A stretch of 64,000 nt of DNA from Bacteroidales bacterium UBA5429 (GCA_002427605.1 DIRT01000023.1:2936-66935), one strand, 5' to 3'; positions 9,568 through 17,732 are shown, counted from the first letter of the stretch. The notes: generated from the letters alone by a model not told the origin. Made by a program: numbers and translations.

Positions 9568-9660
9568 AAATGGTAAATTTTCCAGAGTGGGGAAATGAAA
9601 TAAGTAAAAAGTGGTGAATGTCCTGCCCCCCATTTATTTTTAATTAAAAAGAAAGAAGGT
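9566..9660 (+). repeat. G-run/C-run intergenic element, copy A
   Basis: AAAATGGTAAATTTTCCAGAGTGGGGAAATGAAATAAGTAAAAAGTGGTGAATGTCCTGCCCCCCATTTATTTTTAATTAAAAAGAAAGAAGG. It begins at the stop codon of 8734..9567. Confidence 0.75.
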
Positions 9661-9723
9661 AGAATGATAAGGAATGAAATATGATATTGAGAAATTTTAA
9701 CGTAATTCGTAATTCGTAATTTC
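9655..9723 (+). repeat. GAAGGTAGAATGAT block followed by an (ATTCGTA)x~3 heptamer array
   Basis: GAAGGTAGAATGAT is at 9655..9668 and CGTAATTCGTAATTCGTAATTTC at 9701..9723. The region lies between G-run/C-run element copy A and the M1 peptidase promoter. Confidence 0.75.
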
Positions 9724-9727
9724 ATTG

Positions 9728-9746
9728 TATCTTTGCAGGTTAATTC
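9728..9746 (+). promoter_or_regulatory. Promoter/leader block TATCTTTGCAGGTTAATTC (contains TAnnTTTG -7 box) upstream of the M1 peptidase gene
   Basis: It lies 8 nt upstream of ATG 9754. Near-identical blocks are at 20407..20421 (+) and 48324..48344 (-). Confidence 0.55.
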
Positions 9747-9753
9747 AGAATCT

Positions 9754-12078
9754 ATGAAAAGAAATATTATACTCTTCTTTTGGATTGCATTATTGGGGTT
9801 AAATTTGACGGTTCAGGCGCATGACAGAACCGATACTATCCATGTGGTGCATTACGATATAAACCTTTCCATTGTGGAGTTGACCAATCGACAGATCAGC
9901 GGTTATACTGATGTGAAGGTGGTTCCCAAAATTTCAGGCATTCCTTATATCGATTTGGATCTGATCGCATTGACAGTGGACTCGCTCTTTCTCAATGGTG
10001 AAGCAGCAGCCTACACCCATACCAACGCATTGATCAGGATTCCCACTCAAAACATTGTAGCCGGTGATACGCAATTTGTTCGGGTTTATTACCACGGAAC
10101 GCCCATCAGAGACGAGTCTTGGGGCGGCTACTTTATAACTGACGATTTTGCGTTCAATGTAGGCGTCGGGATGGGCATGATTCCACCCACCATTGGACGG
10201 GTTTGGTTCCCTTGTCTGGATGATTTTAAAAACAAAGCGACCTACACTTTTACCATCCGCACCGATAGCGATAAACGTGCTGTTTGTAACGGTGTGTTGA
10301 CCGATTCGCTCACTTTGGATGACAGTACCAAAGTGTGGAGATGGGAACTCCCCTATCCTATTGCAACTTACGTTACCGCCTGTGCTGTCGGGAATTTTCA
10401 AATATACATCGATACCGTACATGGCTTGGAACGGATCATTCCGATCGAAATATATGCCCCTGCGTCTGTGATTCAGAATGTACCCGCTACCTTCGTAAAC
10501 CTGAAAGAAGTGGTTCATATTTTTGAGAACTTGTATGGTCCTTATGCTTGGCAACGAGTAGGTTACACCGTAGTTCCCTTTGGGCAAGGCGCTATGGAAC
10601 ATGTGGACAATATCTGCTATCCCATGTTTGCCGTGGATGGCACAACCTCTTATGAAGACCTGATGGTCCACGAGTTTGTACACATGTGGTTTGGGAATCA
10701 GATCACCCCTTCGGGACCGGAACAACTGTGGCTCAAGGAAGGTTTTGCAGTCTATTCCGAGATTATCGCTAAAGAGTACTTACAGCCCAACAGCGGCATA
10801 GCGGCTGCTGAAAAGAGAGATCTGCACCGCTCTGTGATCAAATCAACTCACGTTAATGATGGTGGATATTATCCTTTAGACCAAATCCCTCAGCCGATTA
10901 CTTATGGATCACACACTTACGATAAAGGAGCCTTGGTGGTGCACTCTTTACGCGGTTATATGGGTGATGAACTATTTTACTCCTCTTTGCGTACCCTTTT
11001 GCAACAAGAGAAGTTCGGCAATGTCAACTCATTGGAGTTTTTTCAAAAAATGAGCACCATCTCCGGGATGGATCTCTTGGAATTCTTCTACGGATGGATT
11101 CATCAGCCGGGATTTTTGCATTTCCAGATTGACTCGGTGGTTGCTACCGGTTCTCCTAATCTATATGATCTTCATTTCAGACAAAAACTACACCATGCGA
11201 CTGATTTTGCTAATGCCAATCGTCTGGATATCGAGTTTGTATCTCAAACCGGGGAACGTCACATTGTTGAGAATGTGTTGTTTAACGGAGAACGTGATGT
11301 TACATCGGTGTTACTTCCTTTTGAACCTCAATTTTGGGTTGTAGATCCTCATGAAAAGTATGGTGATGCGCTCATTGACTACTTTATCGATGTACTCGAC
11401 CAAAATGCAGTCACCTGTGCGGATGCTTATTTCCGGATTAAGGCTGACCAATTTACAGATACATCTAAATTGTACGTAGCTTTCCATTGGGTTAAACCCG
11501 ACAGCATCAAGATGTATTATCCTAACATCTACAGAGTAGCGGATAATCATTACTGGGAAGTGCAGTATTACGAAAAGAATTTCACAGAAGGGACTTTGCA
11601 TTTCCGCTACTTAGCGTCACTACCCACTGCTAAAGATTACGAACTGATGGCTGGTTACGGCAAGGAGGATCTGCTGTTGCTTTACCGTAAAGATTGTAGT
11701 GACGACTGGGTTGAAGTGCCCAGCCATCCCGTTGGCAATAATATCCAAGGCTATTTGATTACGGAACACACAGAATCCGGGGAGTATGCTCTGGCTATTG
11801 GTGACCACTGTGTAGGGATTGATGAATATGCTTCCCCCCAATTTATTTTATTTCCAAATCCAGCAAATCAATATGTATATTGTCAGTTTGAACAGGCTAT
11901 AATGCAAGAAACTGAATTATTGATCTATTCGATGGATGGAAAATTAGTCGAAAAAATGATCTTATCCGATCCTAATCAGGCGATTTCTGTATCGCATCTT
12001 GCTGTAGGAGAATATGTTGTAAAAGCAGGTTGGAAAGATCAACAATCGGCTTCTTCACGACTTATAATTGTTAGATAA
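9754..12078 (+). CDS. M1-family zinc metallopeptidase with T9SS type A C-terminal sorting domain
   Basis: Signal peptide MKRNIILFFWIALLGLNLTVQA. HEFVHMWFGN plus WLKEGFA form the gluzincin motif pair. The C-terminus (FPNPANQYVYCQF..LLIYSMDGKLV..LAVGEYVVKA..LIIVR) looks like a Por secretion tail. Confidence 0.8.
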   Translation: MKRNIILFFWIALLGLNLTVQAHDRTDTIHVVHYDINLSIVELTNRQISGYTDVKVVPKISGIPYIDLDLIALTVDSLFLNGEAAAYTHTNALIRIPTQNIVAGDTQFVRVYYHGTPIRDESWGGYFITDDFAFNVGVGMGMIPPTIGRVWFPCLDDFKNKATYTFTIRTDSDKRAVCNGVLTDSLTLDDSTKVWRWELPYPIATYVTACAVGNFQIYIDTVHGLERIIPIEIYAPASVIQNVPATFVNLKEVVHIFENLYGPYAWQRVGYTVVPFGQGAMEHVDNICYPMFAVDGTTSYEDLMVHEFVHMWFGNQITPSGPEQLWLKEGFAVYSEIIAKEYLQPNSGIAAAEKRDLHRSVIKSTHVNDGGYYPLDQIPQPITYGSHTYDKGALVVHSLRGYMGDELFYSSLRTLLQQEKFGNVNSLEFFQKMSTISGMDLLEFFYGWIHQPGFLHFQIDSVVATGSPNLYDLHFRQKLHHATDFANANRLDIEFVSQTGERHIVENVLFNGERDVTSVLLPFEPQFWVVDPHEKYGDALIDYFIDVLDQNAVTCADAYFRIKADQFTDTSKLYVAFHWVKPDSIKMYYPNIYRVADNHYWEVQYYEKNFTEGTLHFRYLASLPTAKDYELMAGYGKEDLLLLYRKDCSDDWVEVPSHPVGNNIQGYLITEHTESGEYALAIGDHCVGIDEYASPQFILFPNPANQYVYCQFEQAIMQETELLIYSMDGKLVEKMILSDPNQAISVSHLAVGEYVVKAGWKDQQSASSRLIIVR

Positions 12079-12122
12079 TTATGAATGAATAAATATTATA
12101 TCAACCATTAAAACAATAGATT

Positions 12123-13298
12123 ATGTTAAAAGAAATCAAAAAAAACTTATTTGCGATTATTTCTGTAGACTGGGACAGACGTTTATTTGACTCTTTAATT
12201 CCGCTTCCGGACGGAACCAGCTATAATGCATATTTGATCAAAGGATCGGAAAAAACAGTATTGATTGACAGTACAGACCCTGCGATGTTGGATCGATTGA
12301 TGACTCCACTTCAAGAGATTTCTAAGATTGACTATGTAATTTCATTGCATACCGAACAGGATCACTCAGGTGCAATTCCTTACGTATTGGAAAAATATCC
12401 TGAAGCAGTTTTAATCAGCTCTCCTAAAGCTAAAGAATTGATTATGGATCACTTACTGATTCCGGCTGAAAAAATCAGAACTGTTGAGGATGGCGAAGAG
12501 CTCTCATTGGGAGATAAAACTTTAGAATTTATCCATTTTCCATGGGTACACTGGCCCGAAACTATGTTTGCATACCTTAAAGAGGATAAAGTGCTGTATA
12601 CCTGTGACTTCTACGGTTCTCACCTAGCCACTACAGACCTATTTGCCACTGATGAATGTGTTCTTTATGATGCAGCTAAGAGATACTTTGCTGAAATTAT
12701 GATGCCTTTCAGACCAACAATCAACAGAAACCTGCCTAAGTTGGATAAATATGATATTGAAATTATTGCACCCAGTCACGGACCACTCCATAACAATCCT
12801 AAATTTATTAGAGATGCGTACAACGACTGGCTGTCAGACAATGTAAAAAACGAAGTGATTATCCCTTACGTTTCAATGCACGGCAGTGTTGAAAAGATGG
12901 TACAACACCTAATGAAAGAGCTTGAATCAAAAGGAATTACAGTGTATCCATTCAACATGGACGTAGCTGACATGGGCAAATTAGCCATCAGATTGGTGGA
13001 TGCTGCTACTATCGTTGTGGGAACTCCTACCGTTCTATTTGAACCGCACCCTACAGTGGGGTATGCTGTCAGATTAGCTAATATTTTGAAGCCTAAAACC
13101 AAATTTGTTTCAGTTTTGGGATCCTATGGCTGGGGTAGCAAAGTGATTGAGCAAGTAGCAGGCATGATCCCCAACCTCAAGGTTGAAATCATTGATCCTC
13201 TGTTGGTTAAGGGTACCCCCAAAGCTGATGATTTCAAAGCAATTGAAAAAATTGCTGAAGCGATCTATCAGAAACATAAAGAATTGGGAATTGCGTAA
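12123..13298 (+). CDS. FprA-family A-type flavoprotein (metallo-beta-lactamase + flavodoxin domains)
   Basis: 391 aa. The di-iron motif is SLHTEQDHSG, the N-terminus is SYNAYLIKGSEKTVLIDS, and the C-terminal half is flavodoxin-like (IIPYVSMHGSVEKM). Confidence 0.8.
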   Translation: MLKEIKKNLFAIISVDWDRRLFDSLIPLPDGTSYNAYLIKGSEKTVLIDSTDPAMLDRLMTPLQEISKIDYVISLHTEQDHSGAIPYVLEKYPEAVLISSPKAKELIMDHLLIPAEKIRTVEDGEELSLGDKTLEFIHFPWVHWPETMFAYLKEDKVLYTCDFYGSHLATTDLFATDECVLYDAAKRYFAEIMMPFRPTINRNLPKLDKYDIEIIAPSHGPLHNNPKFIRDAYNDWLSDNVKNEVIIPYVSMHGSVEKMVQHLMKELESKGITVYPFNMDVADMGKLAIRLVDAATIVVGTPTVLFEPHPTVGYAVRLANILKPKTKFVSVLGSYGWGSKVIEQVAGMIPNLKVEIIDPLLVKGTPKADDFKAIEKIAEAIYQKHKELGIA

Positions 13299-13301
13299 AC
13301 A

Positions 13302-13370
13302 GAAGGCGGATTTCGGATTTCGGATTTCGGATTTAAAATATTGAAACTTTTATCTTAGAAATCCGAAATC
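13302..13370. repeat. GAAGGCG + (GATTTCG)x3.7 array with inverted partner AAATCCGAAATC; potential bidirectional hairpin between convergent genes
   Basis: 13302..13334 is the direct array, starting 4 nt after the fprA-like stop. 13359..13370 is the reverse complement of the array and lies 11 nt from the hipT-like stop. The spacer is 24 nt. Confidence 0.8.
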
Positions 13371-13380
13371 TTATTATTAA

Positions 13381-14334
13381 TTATCCCTTTAATAACTCCA
13401 ACCTAACCTCCAATAAATCAATATATTTGATCTGATTTTCGGGTGATAGAAAGGAGGATTTAATGGTTTGTTTCATTTTTTCTTCTGCCTTAATGAAGCG
13501 CTCAAAGGCGTTTGAAATCTGTTTTTCAGCTAATTGTAATTTCAAACCTAGATTAATAAAATCAGACTTGGTCAGTTTCCTTTTCTTGCCCCCAATGGTT
13601 AGTGCCATCTCTTCCTTATCTTCCGGAAGATGTAGATTTACATTCAGTAGGTCGTAAGCCGGCGACAAAACCCAATCCTGACCGGATAAAATCAAAGAGA
13701 AGTTTTTTAAATGCATGTCATTATTTCCCGTGATATAACTGAAAATCACGACTTCAAAAAGTCGAAGCAAATCGAGTAACGTATTGGATGAGTGCTCTTT
13801 GACTGCTTTTCCCACCTTTTCGACAGAGCTTTTATATTTATTTGAAGCTTCTAAAATCTGAAACATGTCCAACATGTGAATTTTCTCTCCCGTTTCCGTA
13901 CGGTCTATCCGTTTGGTTAGATAAGAAAGTTCTCCCGACTTCAATCGAATCAACGTGGATGGCACAACGGAAATACCACAAAGTTCAGCCATTCGCATAG
14001 TCAGATGTTCATTTGCAGGCATTTGAGGAAACAGTTCATTTTGAGGTTTCAAAATATAGTTTCCGCCTAAAGTACCCATTAAGGTTAGTCGTCCTTTTCC
14101 GCTATCCTCTAATACATTTTTTATAAAGCCCAAAGAGAGTTTAGGTTGCACACCGGTAACTACTACAGAATTTTCAATCACTTCTTTGGCTAACTCAGCC
14201 ATCTCTGATAAGGTGTAATCCAAAATCGGTGGTTCGGGAGTTCCAAAAAACTGAACACAACAGGAAGGATGAAAATCACCTTCTGTGTCCAACTTTTGAT
14301 AGCAATATAAACAGTTCTTACTCATTTTCTTCAT
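13381..14334 (-). CDS. HipA-family Ser/Thr kinase toxin lacking the HipA N-subdomain (HipT-like), with N-terminal Cys/His zinc-ribbon-like motif
   Basis: CLYCYQKL..FHPSCC at the N-terminus, P-loop-like TGVQPKLSLGF, and catalytic-region-like GNNDMHLKNFSLI. It overlaps the upstream HipA_N-like gene by 17 nt. Confidence 0.75.
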   Translation of the reverse strand: MKKMSKNCLYCYQKLDTEGDFHPSCCVQFFGTPEPPILDYTLSEMAELAKEVIENSVVVTGVQPKLSLGFIKNVLEDSGKGRLTLMGTLGGNYILKPQNELFPQMPANEHLTMRMAELCGISVVPSTLIRLKSGELSYLTKRIDRTETGEKIHMLDMFQILEASNKYKSSVEKVGKAVKEHSSNTLLDLLRLFEVVIFSYITGNNDMHLKNFSLILSGQDWVLSPAYDLLNVNLHLPEDKEEMALTIGGKKRKLTKSDFINLGLKLQLAEKQISNAFERFIKAEEKMKQTIKSSFLSPENQIKYIDLLEVRLELLKG

Positions 14335-14656
14335 TTATTATAATGGGAATGACACTCACAGCACCAATACAATTTTTACAACATGCCAATAGCAAGCCCA
14401 TACGATCATTCGGATTCAATTTCCAACTTTTAGAGGCGATCTCCAGCAACCAACCTTCCGGGATTAATCCTTCAAAAAAGGGGAATAACCGATTCTCTTT
14501 ATACACCTGATCCGAAACAGGCATGGAAAAGGTGATCGGTTGATTAGGAAATCGTTCGATATACTCTTTATCGTATTCAAACCAGTATTCTCCATCGTTG
14601 GTTTCCGTAATGACCCCGGCAAATTGATCCTGATAAAACACTTTTCCTTGTCTCAT
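14318..14656 (-). CDS. HipA N-terminal-subdomain-only protein (HipS-like)
   Basis: 112 aa. MRQGKVFYQDQFAGVITE..YWFEYDKEY..PFFEGLIPEGW resembles the HipA N-terminal coupling domain. It shares an ATGA overlap with the upstream HTH gene. Confidence 0.7.
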   Translation of the reverse strand: MRQGKVFYQDQFAGVITETNDGEYWFEYDKEYIERFPNQPITFSMPVSDQVYKENRLFPFFEGLIPEGWLLEIASKSWKLNPNDRMGLLLACCKNCIGAVSVIPIIINEENE

Positions 14657-14865
14657 GATTCAATCTCTTTATGGTTCACCGGTGCCAATTTATGTCCAAA
14701 CATCATCAAAACCTGATTCACTTTGACCAGACTCAAATTCTCTTTGCCTTGCTCAATTTTTCGAACAACAGTAAGCGCCACTCCTGCCCTATCAGCAAAC
14801 TCCTGCTGGGTCAAATTGGCTTCTTTCCGTTTTGTCTTAACTAAATTTGCTAAACTCAATCTCAT
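14653..14865 (-). CDS. XRE-family helix-turn-helix protein (HipB-like)
   Basis: LANLVKTKRKEANLTQQEFADRAGVALTVVRKIEQGKENLSLVKVNQVL is a classic Cro/C1 HTH. The track start at 14883 is a TTG; the ATG at 14865 is more plausible. Confidence 0.75.
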   Translation of the reverse strand: MRLSLANLVKTKRKEANLTQQEFADRAGVALTVVRKIEQGKENLSLVKVNQVLMMFGHKLAPVNHKEIES

Positions 14866-14884
14866 GATTATATGCTTTTGCAAT

Positions 14885-14900
14885 TATTTTTGCAAAAATA
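14885..14900. promoter_or_regulatory. Perfect 16-bp palindrome TATTTTTGCAAAAATA overlapping the putative -7 box of the hipB-like gene
   Basis: Read directly from the sequence. It is self-complementary, lies 20 nt upstream of ATG 14865, and contains TATTTTTG (TAnnTTTG) on the minus strand. Confidence 0.5.
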
Positions 14901-14918
14901 CTAAAATTATATCTAAAA

Positions 14919-14964
14919 ACATATAAAATGTGAAAAAAGTATTATTTTATATGTAATTACATAT
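14919..14964. promoter_or_regulatory. Nested inverted repeats sharing the ACATATAA half-site
   Basis: ACATATAAAAT (14919..14929) pairs with ATTTTATATGT (14944..14954). ATATGTAATTACATAT (14949..14964) is a perfect 16-bp palindrome. The region lies between the mnmE stop and the hipB-like promoter. Confidence 0.4.
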
Positions 14965-14984
14965 AAGCATCATACACAACACCT

Positions 14985-16364
14985 CTACTTCCCAATACAA
15001 AAATGCCCAAAAATGGTATTGAGGATTTCGTCTGTGGTGATTTCTCCGGTGATTTCTCCAAGGTAGTGAAGAATATGATTGAGGTCTATGGTAATGATAT
15101 CTGTAGGCAATCCTTCGGCTAAACCTTCTTTGATCTGTTTAATTGAGTCTTCAATTTTCAAAAAGAGATCGTAGTGTCTTACATTGGTGAGGAGAGTATT
15201 GTCAGTGATAGCATATTTATTGATTTGAGATGCCAACACTTCTTTTAACAGATCAATATTTACATTTTTTCTTGCAGAAATATACACGATTTCATATTCA
15301 TTCCAGGTTGAGAAACGGGATGGGAAATCTTCCAACTTATCGATCTTATTCGCTACAATGATAAACACTTTGTTGATAAAATCAGTTTCATTTTCCAAAA
15401 AGAGAAGTTCCTGTTCTACTTCTTCAATTGTGGTTTCAGTGATATCCACAAGATATAAAATTACTTCTGCGCGATCTATGGCTTTGAAAGTTCTCTCAAT
15501 ACCATAGCTTTCTACTTCATCTTTAGTGATTCTAATACCGGCAGTATCAATAAAACGAAAGTTGATTCCATCGATGGTAAAGTTATCCTCAATGGTGTCT
15601 CGTGTAGTTCCGGGAATATGGGAAACAATAGCACGATCTTCATCCAGAAGCACATTCAACAGGGTTGATTTGCCCACATTAGGCTTTCCGATAATTGCTA
15701 CGGGAATCCCATGTTTAAGCACATTACCCACTTTAAAGGATTGGATTAAAGCGGTTACATCGGTTTGCAATTCATCCAACAGTTGGTTGAATTGTTTCCT
15801 ATCAGCAAACTCAACATCCTCTTCACTAAAATCGAGTTCCAGTTCCATTAATGCTGCCAACTGCACAAACTGAGCACGCAACTCTTTGATTCTGTTTGTA
15901 AAATTACCTTTCAGCTGATTGATTGCCAGACGGTGTGACGCTTCCGATTGTGAATTAATCAGATCTGACACTGCTTCTGCCTGGGGAAGGTCCATCTTGC
16001 CATTCAAGAATGCTCTCATGGAGAACTCTCCCGGTTTCGCTATCCGAGCTCCTGCCTGAATTAACAGTTGCAAAATCTGTTCCTGAATATAGGTTGATCC
16101 ATGGCAGACTATTTCTACCATATTTTCTCCTGAGAAACTCTTGGGAGCCACATATTTAATCAATACTGACTGGTCAATCAGGCGATCCGCATCAAAAAGT
16201 TCGTATAATTTTGCCTGATTGGGGTCTTGCGACAGTATCTTCTGGGGATCTTTTAACAGCTTTCCGGTAATCTCAAAAGCTTTAGATCCTGAAACTCTAA
16301 TTACAGCCAACGCACCTCTACCCGGAGGTGTTGCCACTGAACAAATTGTATCGACCATATTCAT
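14985..16364 (-). CDS. mnmE: tRNA uridine-5-carboxymethylaminomethyl modification GTPase
   Basis: ICSVATPPGRGALAVIRVSG at the N-terminus, G-domain motifs GKPNVGKSTLLN and DTAGIR, and the C-terminal FCIGK. The likely start is MNMVDT at 16364, with a TAATTTTG box upstream. Confidence 0.9.
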   Translation of the reverse strand: MNMVDTICSVATPPGRGALAVIRVSGSKAFEITGKLLKDPQKILSQDPNQAKLYELFDADRLIDQSVLIKYVAPKSFSGENMVEIVCHGSTYIQEQILQLLIQAGARIAKPGEFSMRAFLNGKMDLPQAEAVSDLINSQSEASHRLAINQLKGNFTNRIKELRAQFVQLAALMELELDFSEEDVEFADRKQFNQLLDELQTDVTALIQSFKVGNVLKHGIPVAIIGKPNVGKSTLLNVLLDEDRAIVSHIPGTTRDTIEDNFTIDGINFRFIDTAGIRITKDEVESYGIERTFKAIDRAEVILYLVDITETTIEEVEQELLFLENETDFINKVFIIVANKIDKLEDFPSRFSTWNEYEIVYISARKNVNIDLLKEVLASQINKYAITDNTLLTNVRHYDLFLKIEDSIKQIKEGLAEGLPTDIITIDLNHILHYLGEITGEITTDEILNTIFGHFCIGK

Positions 16365-16463
16365 AATCCTATATGTTTTTTTTGCAAAATTAAGAAAAAT
16401 AGAATGCAAAAAATCCTTTTTGAGGATTTCCATCATAAGATTACGTAATTTTAGCCTAAAAAG

Positions 16464-17615
16464 TTACATTATTGAATCATATAACAGTTGAATTGTGATA
16501 TGATCTGTCAAAGCAATTCCAGCTTCCGTTAAAATCAAATGATCATTTTCAATTTGATACCATGCCTTATTTAACAGCGCAATCTCATTCATTATATGAG
16601 CATGATAAGCTACTCCAAAATGCTCCTCTATTTTCTTTAAGTTGATCCCTTTAGTAGTTCGTATGGTAAGCAATACTCTTTCATTATAATGATCTGTTAG
16701 AGAAAGCTCTTCAACCTCGAAATAGCTTTCTCCGGCTTCAATTGCTTCACAATAAGCCTCTGTAGAGGGTACATTCCAGTAGCGTTTTTCTCCATCAAAA
16801 CTGTGCGCTGAGGGTCCAAATCCCAAATAATGAGTACTATCCCAATAGGCACTATTATGCTTGGATTCATATCCTGGAATAGCAAAATTGGAAATCTCAT
16901 AGCGTTTTAACGGAGAATTTGCAATCTTTTCCAGTAACAGATTCATATCTCCGAGAGCGATATTTTCATCCATATCTTTACCTACCTGATAGGCTGAAGG
17001 TTTCTTTTGTGCCAACTCTTTGTATAGAATGCTATTTTCTTCCAAGGTGAGAGCATAGGCAGAGAGGTGTTGAATGGGCTGAGAAAGAGCCACCTCCAGG
17101 TCATGGAGCCACTCCTTCCCCCCCCTGATTATAATTCCATAAATCAAATCTATCGAAATATTATCAATCTGAGCCTCACGGATATGCCGGATGCCCTCTA
17201 ATGCTTGCTGTGCAGTATGTCGGCGACCCAAAAAGTGCAAAACGCGATCATTAAAGGATTGCACCCCCATACTAATTCTATTGACACCCAATTCTTTCAA
17301 CGCACGTAAATAATCGAACTTAGCCTGTTCAGGATTAATTTCAACCGTAAATTCAATCTGAGGGGCTATCTTAAAGTGATGTTTCAGCGCCTCAACAACC
17401 AGTGCCATATCCTCGGTAGGAGTTAACGAGGGAGTTCCTCCACCAAAATAGATAGTTTGCACAGTTTCTCTTTGAAGCTCACCTGCACGCAATTCAATCT
17501 CTTTCAGTAAAGCTTGAATAAATCTTTTCCGGGTATTCAGGCTTGTTTCAGAGTAAAAATTGCAATAGCGACATTTGGAATTGCAATACGGAAAGTGGAT
17601 GTAAATAGCACTCAT
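16464..17615 (-). CDS. hemW: Radical SAM heme chaperone HemW (HemN-like, oxygen-independent coproporphyrinogen oxidase family)
   Basis: IHFPYCNSKCRYCNF provides the CxxxCxxC cluster. GGGTPS is present, and the C-terminus is HemN_C-like. Confidence 0.85.
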   Translation of the reverse strand: MSAIYIHFPYCNSKCRYCNFYSETSLNTRKRFIQALLKEIELRAGELQRETVQTIYFGGGTPSLTPTEDMALVVEALKHHFKIAPQIEFTVEINPEQAKFDYLRALKELGVNRISMGVQSFNDRVLHFLGRRHTAQQALEGIRHIREAQIDNISIDLIYGIIIRGGKEWLHDLEVALSQPIQHLSAYALTLEENSILYKELAQKKPSAYQVGKDMDENIALGDMNLLLEKIANSPLKRYEISNFAIPGYESKHNSAYWDSTHYLGFGPSAHSFDGEKRYWNVPSTEAYCEAIEAGESYFEVEELSLTDHYNERVLLTIRTTKGINLKKIEEHFGVAYHAHIMNEIALLNKAWYQIENDHLILTEAGIALTDHITIQLLYDSIM

Positions 17616-17658
17616 TGTTAAAAATAAAAAAAAGCAGTCCTATCGTAGAACTGCTTTG

Positions 17659-17732
17659 TACCGCATAGGGGATTCGAACCCCTGATCTTCAGGATGAAAA
17701 CCTGATGTCCTAGGCCTCTAGACGAATGCGGC
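17659..17732 (-). tRNA. tRNA-Glu (anticodon UUC)
   Basis: The minus strand reads GCCGCAT TC GTC TAGAGGCCTAG GAC A TCAGG TTTTCAT CCTGA AGATC AGGGG TTCGAAT CCCCT ATGCGGT A. It folds as a cloverleaf with a 7-bp acceptor stem, the 3-bp D stem typical of tRNA-Glu, and a TTCGAAT T-loop. No CCA is encoded. Confidence 0.9.

Noticed and set aside
9451-9633. Small ORFs beginning MGGR.. inside the G-run/C-run elements (9451..9633 minus; a 9-codon version at 48393..48422 plus; 23900..24085 minus)
   Set aside because: The copies differ by indels that shift or terminate the frame, and copy B has no ATG. Conservation is at the DNA level, not the protein level. The long version in copy A is simply antisense to the real gene's 3' end.
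13302-13370. Heptamer arrays as a CRISPR array
   Set aside because: The period is 7 nt with no spacers, the arrays are under 35 nt long, and no cas genes are present. This is not CRISPR.
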